A DNA stretch of 64,000 nt from contig CAWKBC010000027.1 in NCBI GenBank assembly GCA_963847705.1, positions 416,001 to 480,000 of the forward strand, in the 5' to 3' direction. The first letter of the stretch is position 1; each line of letters starts with the position of its first letter. Positions 9,581-18,833 of this stretch are shown here, in pieces. The stretch comes from an uncultured Pseudomonadota bacterium (GTDB lineage Bacteria; Myxococcota_A; Polyangia; Fen-1088). Position numbers and translations under genes: made by a program. A model generated the notes under the pieces. It did no database searches, had not been told where the DNA came from, and saw nothing but the letters and a program-made list of their open reading frames with translations.

Positions 9581-11203
9581 ATGAGAGTACGTCGCATCGC
9601 GCTTCTGCTCGCAGCTCTGCCGTCGACACTGGTCCTCGCATGCGAGCGCCAGCCCGGCCCGCCGATCGCCACCGGCCGGGCGGTCCGGGAGGCGGGCGTC
9701 GACGGCGAGTGGGATCGCGGCCCGTCGCGCGCCGACGCGTCTGCCGTCGACCGGTCAGGACGGGACGCCGGCCGCCGCGATGCGCTTCTGGACGCGGCAC
9801 CGGCTGACGCGGCACCGGCTGACGTGGCCTCGGTCGACGCGGGGCCGGTCGACGCGGCAGCCCTCGACGCCGCGCGCGGGGACGCGGTCAGCGACGCGGG
9901 CTTCGTGTTGCTGGGCGCGCCTCTGGTGTTCGCGCCCACGCCGCGTGGGTTCGGGCTCAGCGTCGTGCTGCGCTCGGGCGATCCCACCTCGCTCGCGCTG
10001 CGGGTGCGCGACGAGGAGCTGGCGGCCTGGTCGGTCCTGGGACCGCCGCTGTCGCCGGCGGTCGACATCGCCCAATGGACGGTGGACGGTCTCGCGCCGG
10101 GCCGCCGCTACGTCTACGAAGTTTCCGCACCAGGCGCCGCCGGTCAAACGGGCCCGGCAGGCTCGTCGGTTCCGCTCGATCCCGCTCTCCTTCTTTACAG
10201 TGGGAGTGCCGTCACGGCGCCGGCCCCGGGGACGCCATTCAGCTTCGCCCTCATCGCCGACACGCACATCGAGCCGCGCGATCCGGTTCCGCCCGACGAC
10301 ACCGTGAGCGACGACTTCTACGGGACGATGGAGACCACGCTGCGCGCTGTCACGGCTGAGGTCGCCGCTGCCAAGCCGGACTTCGTGATCAACTTGGGCG
10401 ACATGCTCGACTACCACCTGTTCGGGTTCAATGCCCCGCCGCCCGACGCCTCCTGGGCGCGCCTCGGTTATCTCAACTACCGCCGGCTGCTGGGCGACAC
10501 CGTCGGGAACGCGGCGCACTTTCCGGTCATCGGCAACTGGGACGGCGAGAGCGGTTGCAACACGCCCGATGAGATCGCGCGCTCGATGAGCCAGCGCCTC
10601 CTCTATGCGCCGGGCCCGGGGCCCGACACCTATCCCGAAGGGGGGAGCGCCAACGGCGACTACTACGCGTTCACCTGGGGCGACGCCCTGTTCATCGTCC
10701 TCAATGTCATGACTTACACGCCGACCTGCCACCTCCTCGGCAGTGGTTCCGGGCAGGCCGACGACTGGACGCTGGGCGCCACCCAGCTGGCCTGGCTCGA
10801 TCAGACCCTGGCCCAGGCGAGCTCGAAATGGCGCTTTCTCTTCATTCACCACACGGTCGGCGGCGCCGCGGGCGACGCGGACGATGCGGCCTACGGACGG
10901 GGCGGGGGACAGGCCGCCTACGTCGGCGAGCAGGCGACGATCCACGCCATGATGTTGCAGTACGGCGTGCAGGTCTTCTTCTACGCCCACGACCACGTCT
11001 TCACCGACATGGTCGTCGACGGCATTCACTATCTGCTGCCGGGGAGCGCGGGCGCGCCCTGGAAGTTCGATTCATCCGAGACCGGTTACACCCACTACTG
11101 GCCGGACTCGGGATACGCCCGCGTCCAGGTGACGCCAGAGCGTACGGAGATCGATCTGGTCTCCATCGACGGCGACATGCTGGAGGGGCTGACCCTGCCG
11201 TAG
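9581..11203 (+). CDS. Metallophosphoesterase lipoprotein (calcineurin-like / purple acid phosphatase-like) with FN3-like domain
   Basis: Lipobox LVLAC. Motifs ADTH, NLGD, IGNWD, FIHH, AHDH. Confidence 0.85.
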   Translation: MRVRRIALLLAALPSTLVLACERQPGPPIATGRAVREAGVDGEWDRGPSRADASAVDRSGRDAGRRDALLDAAPADAAPADVASVDAGPVDAAALDAARGDAVSDAGFVLLGAPLVFAPTPRGFGLSVVLRSGDPTSLALRVRDEELAAWSVLGPPLSPAVDIAQWTVDGLAPGRRYVYEVSAPGAAGQTGPAGSSVPLDPALLLYSGSAVTAPAPGTPFSFALIADTHIEPRDPVPPDDTVSDDFYGTMETTLRAVTAEVAAAKPDFVINLGDMLDYHLFGFNAPPPDASWARLGYLNYRRLLGDTVGNAAHFPVIGNWDGESGCNTPDEIARSMSQRLLYAPGPGPDTYPEGGSANGDYYAFTWGDALFIVLNVMTYTPTCHLLGSGSGQADDWTLGATQLAWLDQTLAQASSKWRFLFIHHTVGGAAGDADDAAYGRGGGQAAYVGEQATIHAMMLQYGVQVFFYAHDHVFTDMVVDGIHYLLPGSAGAPWKFDSSETGYTHYWPDSGYARVQVTPERTEIDLVSIDGDMLEGLTLP

Positions 11204-11218
11204 GCAGCGGCCGCCAGC

Positions 11219-12733
11219 ATGAAGATGACGGTCACGATGAACAGGATTTCGCTCGCCCTGCTCTTCGGAGGTCCGCTCCTGGTTGCGGTCGGCTGTAGCT
11301 CGAGCGGCGGATCGGGGGGGCCAGCTGGAAACTGGGGCGCCGGCGGAAGCGCGAGCGGTGGGACGACCGGCACCGGGGGAGCCGTCGTCGTCCCCATGCC
11401 GATCGACGCCGGCACGGGCGGCTGCACCTTCACCGGGACCTACGCGGTGAGCCCGGTGATCTCCACCGTCGGGATCGTCACCTTCGCGACGTTGCTCCCC
11501 AACCCGACGGAGGCGCACATCGACTTCGGCCTCGACACCTCCTACGGCATGACGGCGCCGGTCGACCTCACGCAACCCGGCTATCGAACGTTGCTGCTCG
11601 GCATGAAGCCCTCGAAGACCTACCACTTCCAGCTCTCGGCGAGCTCGGCCACCGACGGCGGCGTCCTCACCTGCACCAGCGGCGACCTCACGCTCATGAC
11701 CGGCGCGGCGCCCAACGGGATGCAAAACCCGACGATCACCACGAACGACGCCAGCGCGCTGTTCGGCGGATTTCTCGTCACCGGCCAGTACAACCAGGTG
11801 ATCATCGGCGGAACTTCGGCGGGCGCCCCGGCGTTCATCCTCGACAAGGACGGCACCTACGTCTGGTGGTACACGGTCGTCGGCAGCGACGCCACCGGGG
11901 TCACCATGAGCTACGACGGCAACTACATGTGGATCAACAGCGTGAACGTGCCGAGCCACATCGCCAAGGTGCACCGGGTGTCGATGGACGGGTTGATTGA
12001 CGAGGACCACTCGGACGAGTTCGCGGGCCTCAGCCATCAGCTCACGGTGCTGCCGGACGAGACGGTGGCCTTCTACGCCTACGGCACGAACGGCTGTGAC
12101 GACATCAAGCTGCGCGCGCCGGACGGCACGGTCACCACCGTCGTCAACGCCCAGACCGCGCACGGCGGGACCGACGCCTGCCACGTCAACGCGATCTTCT
12201 ACTCTCGCCCGGACGACACGCTGGTCTTCGGCGACCTCGACAACAACTGCCTCACCAAGATCACGCGAACCGGGACCACCGTCTGGGTCTTGAACGGCGG
12301 CGTCGACACCGGGCCCACCAGCTCGTTCAACGGCGGGGGCCTGGTCTGGCGCGGCGGCGAGCATGGCTTCCACATTCTCGGCCTCGACGACTTCGTCATC
12401 TTCAACAACAACGCGATTGCGCCGGCGGCGAGCAAGGTCAGCTGGGGCGCGGCCGCGGGAGACGGCACCGGCTCGTTCGGGATCGAGATCAAGCTCGACC
12501 TCACGGCGATGACGGCGACGCGGACCTGGGCCTACCAGGCGGTCGGGCTCGACGACAGCGTCCTCGGCGACGCCCAGCGCCTCCCCAACGGCAACACCAT
12601 GATCGACTTCTCGACGAAGGGATCGATCCAGGAGGTCGACGCCAGCGGCAACCTCCTGCAGGAGATCAAGACGACCACGAATTTCGGCTACCTGCAGAAG
12701 CGCGCCACGCTGTATGGTCCACCTCCCAGGTAG
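11219..12733 (+). CDS. Arylsulfate sulfotransferase (ASST)-like lipoprotein 1
   Basis: Lipobox AVGC, Gly/Thr linker, Ig-like domain. Propeller motifs SHQL, CHVNAI (HxN), GEHG and GDAQRLPNGNTMI. Confidence 0.7.
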   Translation: MKMTVTMNRISLALLFGGPLLVAVGCSSSGGSGGPAGNWGAGGSASGGTTGTGGAVVVPMPIDAGTGGCTFTGTYAVSPVISTVGIVTFATLLPNPTEAHIDFGLDTSYGMTAPVDLTQPGYRTLLLGMKPSKTYHFQLSASSATDGGVLTCTSGDLTLMTGAAPNGMQNPTITTNDASALFGGFLVTGQYNQVIIGGTSAGAPAFILDKDGTYVWWYTVVGSDATGVTMSYDGNYMWINSVNVPSHIAKVHRVSMDGLIDEDHSDEFAGLSHQLTVLPDETVAFYAYGTNGCDDIKLRAPDGTVTTVVNAQTAHGGTDACHVNAIFYSRPDDTLVFGDLDNNCLTKITRTGTTVWVLNGGVDTGPTSSFNGGGLVWRGGEHGFHILGLDDFVIFNNNAIAPAASKVSWGAAAGDGTGSFGIEIKLDLTAMTATRTWAYQAVGLDDSVLGDAQRLPNGNTMIDFSTKGSIQEVDASGNLLQEIKTTTNFGYLQKRATLYGPPPR

Positions 12734-12736
12734 CGC

Positions 12737-12765
12737 CGGAGCGTCCGCGGCCGCGCTCCGTTTTT
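12737..12765 (+). terminator. Probable intrinsic terminator
   Basis: Stem CGGAGCG/CGCTCCG followed by TTTTT, directly after the stop at 12733. Confidence 0.6.
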
Positions 12766-12824
12766 GACAGAGCTCTTACCGGAAGACTGGAAACGACCAC
12801 CTCGCCGCAGCGTGGCGGTGTCCC

Positions 12825-12853
12825 TGTCTACCGACACAGGACACGTGTCTACC
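12825..12853 (+). promoter_or_regulatory. Direct repeat TGTCTACC with 21-bp period, candidate regulator site
   Basis: TGTCTACC at 12825 and 12846, upstream of the ASST-like gene 2. The same hexamer and spacing occur at 21478-21504 on the minus strand. Confidence 0.4.
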
Positions 12854-12946
12854 AATACCGGGAAAAGTGACGGTTTTCGAGCCGGTTTCCGTAAAGGCCG
12901 TCACTGCTTCCCATATCCAATGATGAATTGGGAAAGGGGTTCGTCT

Positions 12947-14599
12947 ATGCGCGTGTCTCCGCCGGTCCTCTTATTCGGTTGTCTTCTCTCGGTCGGCATC
13001 GGCTGTGCCAAGGGCGAATTCATCGTGACGGGCGTTTACGGCGACACGGGCGGCTCCAGCGCGACCGGCGGCTCCTCGAGCGGAGGGAGCAACGGCGATA
13101 CGGGCGGCAGCCCCGGCACCGGCGGCAACCGCAGCGGCACGGGCGGCAACGTCAGCACCGGAGGCGCGACGGGGACTGGCGGCAGGGCAACGGGCGGCAG
13201 CAATGGGACCGGCGGCAGCTCGTCGACGGGCGGCAGCATCGGGACCGGCGGCAGCATCGGGACCGGGGGCAGCCCCGGGACGGGCGGCAGCGGCACCGGG
13301 ACCGGCGGCACCACCACCAGCTGCACCATCACCCCGAGCGCCTCGCCCAGCAGCAAGATCCCGACGGTCGGCATCGTGACCTTCACGACCACGCTGGCCA
13401 GCCCGACCTCCGCGAGCATCAAGTTCGGGCTCGACACGAACTACGGCATGACCGCCCCGGTCGACCTCACGCAGACGAACTACCGGACGCTGCTGCTCGG
13501 CATGAAGGCCTCGAAGACCTACCACTACCAGGTCACCGTCACCAACAGCAGCGGCAGCTGTACCAGCGCTGACCAGATGATCACCACGGGTGCCAAGCCG
13601 AACGGCGGTGGACTCCCCACTTTGACCATCACCACCAACAACAAGGCCGCGCTCTGGGGTGGCTTTCTGGTGATTGGCTCGTACCAGGGCGCGACGAATC
13701 AGTCGTTCATCCTCGACGCCGACGGCGACTTCGTCTGGTGGTACTCCGACGGCAGCGACGGCTGCGGGACCCGGATGAGCTACGACGGCAACTACATGTG
13801 GATCAACAACGGCAACGTTCCGGCAATGACCGGCACCACCCACGTGCACCGGGTGACGATGGACGGGTTGACCGACACGGACCTTTCGACACCGTTCAAC
13901 AACATGAGCCATCAGCTGACGCCGCTCCCGGACGGCAGCGTGGCCTTTTACGCCTCCGGATCGAACGGCTGCGACGACATCAAGATCTTCCCCGCCAACG
14001 GCACCGCGAGCAGCACGGCGACCACGGTGACGAACGCGCGGACGGCGCACGGCGGAACCGGCGCCTGCCACGTCAACAACATCGAGTACTCGCAGTCGGA
14101 TGACACGCTGGTCTTCTCGGACCTCGACAACGATTGTCTGACCAAGGTCTCGAAGACCACCGGCGCGATGGTCTGGGTCCTCAACGGGAACACCATGGGG
14201 ATCACCAGCACCTTCACCGGCGACCTGTGGAGCGGCGGCGAGCACGGATTTCACATGCTCTCTCCGACCGACATTCTGCTCTTCAACAACAATGACAGCG
14301 GCAGCAGCTCACAGGCCCTCGAGCTGACGCTCGATCTCACCGGGAAGAAGTCGACCAAGAAGTGGTCGTATGCCCCCAACCCCGGGATCCAGGTGCAGGT
14401 GCTGGGCGACGTGCAGCGGATGACCACCGCGGGGCCGAGCGGGGCCGGCAACGGCAACACCATCGTCGACTTCGGAACGGGAGACACGCTTCAAGAGGTC
14501 GACTCGAGCGGAACCCTGCTCCAGCAGATCAAGAGCCAGTATCCATTCGGATTTATGGAAAAGCGCGCCTCGCTTTACGGACCACCGACGAGGCAATGA
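12947..14599 (+). CDS. ASST-like lipoprotein 2, paralog of 11219-12733
   Basis: Lipobox GIGC and a long TGG linker. Shares YGMTAPVDLTQ..YRTLLLGMK, SHQL, CHVNNI, GEHG, GDVQR...NGNT with paralog 1. Confidence 0.7.
   Translation: MRVSPPVLLFGCLLSVGIGCAKGEFIVTGVYGDTGGSSATGGSSSGGSNGDTGGSPGTGGNRSGTGGNVSTGGATGTGGRATGGSNGTGGSSSTGGSIGTGGSIGTGGSPGTGGSGTGTGGTTTSCTITPSASPSSKIPTVGIVTFTTTLASPTSASIKFGLDTNYGMTAPVDLTQTNYRTLLLGMKASKTYHYQVTVTNSSGSCTSADQMITTGAKPNGGGLPTLTITTNNKAALWGGFLVIGSYQGATNQSFILDADGDFVWWYSDGSDGCGTRMSYDGNYMWINNGNVPAMTGTTHVHRVTMDGLTDTDLSTPFNNMSHQLTPLPDGSVAFYASGSNGCDDIKIFPANGTASSTATTVTNARTAHGGTGACHVNNIEYSQSDDTLVFSDLDNDCLTKVSKTTGAMVWVLNGNTMGITSTFTGDLWSGGEHGFHMLSPTDILLFNNNDSGSSSQALELTLDLTGKKSTKKWSYAPNPGIQVQVLGDVQRMTTAGPSGAGNGNTIVDFGTGDTLQEVDSSGTLLQQIKSQYPFGFMEKRASLYGPPTRQ
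13047..13320 (+). repeat. Low-complexity Gly/Thr/Ser linker repeats (TGG units)
   Basis: Repeated ACCGGCGGC/ACGGGCGGC codons within the CDS. Confidence 0.8.
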
Positions 14600-14647
14600 C
14601 GAGGTAGAGTGGCGCCTGTTCCCTTCTCTTTCCGCGAGGTCTTCTCG

Positions 14648-15712
14648 ATGAGCCGAGCCCGATCGTTCCTTTGCGCCGCCGTCGCCTTGTTGTCCTCGAT
14701 GACGTTCTCCTGTGGGAGCAGCAGCAGCAGCAGCAGCTCCCAGAGCGTGACCTGCACCGACGGGACGATCATCGCGAACCCAGCCAACGACTACAGCTTC
14801 TCGAGCTCGCTGATGCTCCACCCGGTCAGCGTCAAGCCGTTGTCGGACCTGACGTTCAACTGGGGCAGCGTCACCAAGGACTTTCTCGGGCAGCCGGTCA
14901 ACGCCCAGACCGACCTGAACGCGATCTTCCTGTTGCTGGTGAACCTGCCGGCGGCGACGTTCGAGAAGCAGCTGAACAACGATTCGTTCTCCACCTCGTC
15001 GATTGTGATCCCGGGGCCCCCGCCCAGCTTTCTGCCGACCGGCGGCGTGACCACGACGACCCTCTACGACAACTTCATCAGCGCCAACGGGCCGGTCGAC
15101 TCGACCATGGCTGCGATGTACCTCGACGCCACGACCTACACGCCGAGCAACTCCACCTTCGTGATCGCGGCGCAGACCGGAACGAGCATGATCGGGACCG
15201 GGATCCGGATGTTGCAGTCCTTCGAGCTCGATCCTTCGTCGACCAACACCACGGTCAACCTGACCAACACCTCGACGACGCTCACCTACTCGGCGGATCT
15301 GCACAGCCTTCACCCGACCGGGGTTCCCGCGGGAACGGCCGCCCTCTCCCTCGACTGGACCACGCTGTCGACCAACGGGCTCGGCGAGACCCTCTCCGAC
15401 GACGGCAGTCCCGGAACCGTCCCCAGGACGAACATCGGGAACGCGATCGTCGGCCACTACACCCAGACGCCCTCGCAGCTGGAGAGCCAGTTCCTCGACC
15501 TGCAGACCATCGCGACCGACCTCTACAAGGCCGACATCCCCTCCGGGACGGTGCTCGATTTCACGACGCTGAAAGACGGCTCGGGCAACAGCTTTCCGGG
15601 CGTCGACGCGTCGGGGACCTGGCTGGTCGCCCTCATCTGCACCAACTGCCGCAACCCGGCGCCGTACTACCTGACGATCCTCGAGCCGGCCGCGCAGCCC
15701 TGCGCGAAGTAA
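14648..15712 (+). CDS. Uncharacterised lipoprotein with internal two-fold repeat and C-terminal CxxC; paralog of 20307-21281
   Basis: Leader ending in TFSC, then poly-Ser. Motifs DLTFNWGSVTKDFLG, LSLDWTTLSTNGLG and WLVALICTNCRNPAP. Confidence 0.75.
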   Translation: MSRARSFLCAAVALLSSMTFSCGSSSSSSSSQSVTCTDGTIIANPANDYSFSSSLMLHPVSVKPLSDLTFNWGSVTKDFLGQPVNAQTDLNAIFLLLVNLPAATFEKQLNNDSFSTSSIVIPGPPPSFLPTGGVTTTTLYDNFISANGPVDSTMAAMYLDATTYTPSNSTFVIAAQTGTSMIGTGIRMLQSFELDPSSTNTTVNLTNTSTTLTYSADLHSLHPTGVPAGTAALSLDWTTLSTNGLGETLSDDGSPGTVPRTNIGNAIVGHYTQTPSQLESQFLDLQTIATDLYKADIPSGTVLDFTTLKDGSGNSFPGVDASGTWLVALICTNCRNPAPYYLTILEPAAQPCAK

Positions 15713-15764
15713 CGGCCACCGCCGCCGCCCGGAGCTCCGCAGGCGTGGTGCCGCCGCCGGGAGC

Positions 15765-18146
15765 TCAGGCGACGTTGCGGCTCGCCGCCGGCTCCGCCAG
15801 GGCGGGCGCCTTCTGACGCCGCAGGAAGCGCGGTGTGACCATCAGGATCACCGCCGGTAGAAACGCCACCGTCGCGGCGCTGCTGGTCACCATGGTGAGC
15901 GCGACCAGCACGCCGAGGAGGACGTGGACCTTGAAGAAGGAGAGCGTCAGGCAGAGATAGCCGCCCGCCACGGCGCTGGCCACGTAGGCGATGGCCTTGC
16001 CCGAGGTGGTCAGCGCGGTGGCGGTCGCTTCGCGCAGATCGCCGGTGCGCTGGAACTCCTCGCGGACCCGGAAGATGAAGTAGACGGCGTAGTCGGCGCC
16101 GATGCCGACGGCCATGGCCGAGATGGCAGCCGTCCCCATCGACAGCAAGATGCCGGTCCAGCCCATGAGGCCCAGGTTGACCAGCGCCGCGGTGGCCAGC
16201 GGCAGCAGCACCAGGAAGCCGCCTGCCAGCGAGCGCAGAAGGATCGAGGTGATGACCACGACCAGGATCGAGATCTGGATCAGATTGATCGTCTTGCCGT
16301 GCACCATCGTCTCGTTGAGCGCGATGGCGTTGGTGACGCCGCCGCCGACGCGCGCGGTGACCGGCAGGCCGGAGAAGAGGCGGTCGGCCTCGGCCTGGGT
16401 GGCCACGGTCATCCGCTTCATGGCCCGGAAGTCGTCGGTCTTCAGATAGGCGGTGATGACCGCGTGCTCGAACGGCCGGTCGACGAAGTGGGAGAGATCT
16501 TCCTCGTCGCCCCCCATGGCGTAGAGCAACAGGTACTGGGCGACGCCCTGGGTGGTGTCGGGAAGCTTGCCGCCGCCGCTGCCGTCGACGGCCAGGCTGA
16601 TCTGCTTCAGCAGATCGACGATCGACACCACCTTGCCGACGGGGAGTGGCTGGTGCGCGATGAAGACGCCGAGTTGGTCCATCCGCCTCAGAACCTCGGG
16701 GTTCTTGATGACGTCGGGCGTCTCGCCCGACACCAGCACCTGGATGACGCGCGTCCCCGCCAGGCGCTCGTCCGCCATGCGGAAGCCGTGGACCGGCGCG
16801 TTGCGCTCGAAGAACTGCGCCGCCAGGTTGTTGCCAGCCTCGAGGCGGGTGACGCCGATGAGCGCCACGATGATCAGACCGCAGAAGACCCAGACGATGG
16901 GCCGCTCCTTCCCGGTCCGCACCAGCGTCGCCAGCTTTTCGAGGATCGGGTCGAAGTACTCCTCGCGCTTCTCGCGTTCGGTCTGGTGCGCCGACGGCGG
17001 AGACATCAGGACGCGGATGGCCGGGATGAAGGTCATCTCGACGGTCAAGGCCGCGATGATCCCGAACGCCGTGCAGAGGCCGAAGTTCTTGATGGTGGGG
17101 AGCCCGAACGTCGCCAGCGAGCCGAAGCTGAGCGCCGCGATGGTCCCGGCCGCCAGCATGACCAGGCCGACCTTGGTGGTCGCCTCGATGACCGCCAGCC
17201 GGTTGTGCTCCTGCGGCGACAGATCGGCCCGCGCGCCCTGCAGACGGTTGTACTCCTCGTAGTAGCGCTTGAGGATCTGCACCGAGTGGCCGGCGCCAAT
17301 CGCCAGCAGCAGGATCGGCGTCATGATGTTCCAGGGGTCCATCGGCGCGTGGATGAGCCCCATCAGGCCGAGCGCCCAGACGACGCCCATGATCGCGGTG
17401 ACGAGGGGGATGATCATCCCCTGCAGCGTGCGGAAGGCGCGGTAGTGCAGGTAGCCGATCATCGCCAGCGCCAAGACGAAGAGGAGGGCGACGCGCCGGG
17501 TGTAGACCAGCAGCCAGTGAAGGACGGTCGGCGCGCCGGCGGCGACGATCTCCAGCCCCGGCACCCGCTCGGGCGCCAGAATCTCCTCCAGGCGGTCGTA
17601 GAGGAAGCGCGAGCCGCCGGCCTTCTCGAAGTCGCTGAAGTCAGCCAGCACCGAGGTCGCGCGGCCGTCGTCGCTGACGAAGAGGCTGGTCAGAAAGCCA
17701 TTCGCCTTGACCCGCTCCCGGAAGGCCGCCACCTCGGCGTCGGTCTGGGGGACCTTGTCGGCGAGCGGCGTGATCTCCAGCGAGTCGGTCGAGCTGTGGA
17801 TGTCCTTCACCCGTGACGACATGAGCGACAGGACACTGCCGGTCTTGATGCCAGGGAGCTTCTCCAGCTTCTCGGTGACCCGCTTCACCCTGCCGAGGAT
17901 GTCGGGCGTGTAGACCGTTCCCGACTCCGGATAAAAGCCGATCACCGTCATGTACTTTCCGCCGAAAAGCTTCTCGATCCGCTTGCCGGTGATCACCAGC
18001 GGATGTCCGGGCGGGATCTGGGCGTCGACGTCCAGGAGGACGTGTAGCCGGGTCATGGAGAAGCCGAGCGCCAACGTCACCAGCGCGACCAGCGCGATGA
18101 CGAGCTTGGGCCGGCCGACGATCGCGGTCACATAGCGGCGCAGCAT
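15765..18146 (-). CDS. MMPL/RND-family lipid exporter
   Basis: Two repeats of 1 TM + periplasmic loop + 5 TM, 793 aa. GIGADYAVY motif. Confidence 0.88.
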   Translation of the reverse strand: MLRRYVTAIVGRPKLVIALVALVTLALGFSMTRLHVLLDVDAQIPPGHPLVITGKRIEKLFGGKYMTVIGFYPESGTVYTPDILGRVKRVTEKLEKLPGIKTGSVLSLMSSRVKDIHSSTDSLEITPLADKVPQTDAEVAAFRERVKANGFLTSLFVSDDGRATSVLADFSDFEKAGGSRFLYDRLEEILAPERVPGLEIVAAGAPTVLHWLLVYTRRVALLFVLALAMIGYLHYRAFRTLQGMIIPLVTAIMGVVWALGLMGLIHAPMDPWNIMTPILLLAIGAGHSVQILKRYYEEYNRLQGARADLSPQEHNRLAVIEATTKVGLVMLAAGTIAALSFGSLATFGLPTIKNFGLCTAFGIIAALTVEMTFIPAIRVLMSPPSAHQTEREKREEYFDPILEKLATLVRTGKERPIVWVFCGLIIVALIGVTRLEAGNNLAAQFFERNAPVHGFRMADERLAGTRVIQVLVSGETPDVIKNPEVLRRMDQLGVFIAHQPLPVGKVVSIVDLLKQISLAVDGSGGGKLPDTTQGVAQYLLLYAMGGDEEDLSHFVDRPFEHAVITAYLKTDDFRAMKRMTVATQAEADRLFSGLPVTARVGGGVTNAIALNETMVHGKTINLIQISILVVVITSILLRSLAGGFLVLLPLATAALVNLGLMGWTGILLSMGTAAISAMAVGIGADYAVYFIFRVREEFQRTGDLREATATALTTSGKAIAYVASAVAGGYLCLTLSFFKVHVLLGVLVALTMVTSSAATVAFLPAVILMVTPRFLRRQKAPALAEPAASRNVA

Positions 18147-18148
18147 GG

Positions 18149-18814
18149 TCAGCGCTTCTCCAGCAGCGAGCGGATCAACGGCTCCCGCGTGTCGCTCTTG
18201 GGGGCGAAGTAGCTGGCCATGACCACCCGCCGCGCCCCGGCCTCGCGCTCGGTGAGGTCGAGCAGCACCTGCCCACCCGCCGAGAGGACGACGGTTCGAA
18301 GGGCGTCGGGGCTGACGGCGTAGATGAGGCGGTCACCTTTTTGATACCCGCGCTCCTGAAGCGGGGCGAACCACTGAGGGATTCCGTTGCTGACCCGCTG
18401 CTCGATGTCGCGGCCGATGAGCCCGGCCTCGCGCGCCAGCTCCAGGTTGTCGCGCACGACACCGATCCAGCGGTTGAGCGGGACGTCGCGCACGAACTGC
18501 ATCTGCACGATGGCGTGCGGGGCGGCGATGGCCGCCGCGGCGAGCTGGGCGTCGAGCGGATAGGAGTACGCCTGTCCCCGCGCCAGCTCGGCGAAGTGGG
18601 CCTGGGTCGGCTTGTCGACGCGCACGTCGACGGTGGCGACGTCGATCTTGAGCACCGTCTTCTGCAACAGCATGTGCATCGATGAGTACGGACCTTGCGC
18701 CAGCTCCGGCGAATCGAGCGAGGGGAGGGCACCCCCCGCCATCAAGGCGGGGGCCAACAGCACGGCCGCCAATCCAGTGGCGGCAGCGAAGGACCTGTGC
18801 GGGATGCGTGACAT
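18149..18814 (-). CDS. Secreted protein, possibly chalcone-isomerase-like (lipid-binding) fold
   Basis: Signal peptide. The pattern MQFVRDV...KGDRLIY...SYF...LIRSLL resembles bacterial CHI-like proteins by eye. Confidence 0.45.
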   Translation of the reverse strand: MSRIPHRSFAAATGLAAVLLAPALMAGGALPSLDSPELAQGPYSSMHMLLQKTVLKIDVATVDVRVDKPTQAHFAELARGQAYSYPLDAQLAAAAIAAPHAIVQMQFVRDVPLNRWIGVVRDNLELAREAGLIGRDIEQRVSNGIPQWFAPLQERGYQKGDRLIYAVSPDALRTVVLSAGGQVLLDLTEREAGARRVVMASYFAPKSDTREPLIRSLLEKR

Positions 18815-18833
18815 GTCTTCTCCTTACCTGTCC

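Noticed and set aside
12880-12915. Sigma-54 promoter upstream of ASST gene 2
   Set aside because: The GG and GC are separated by 8 nt rather than the required 10.
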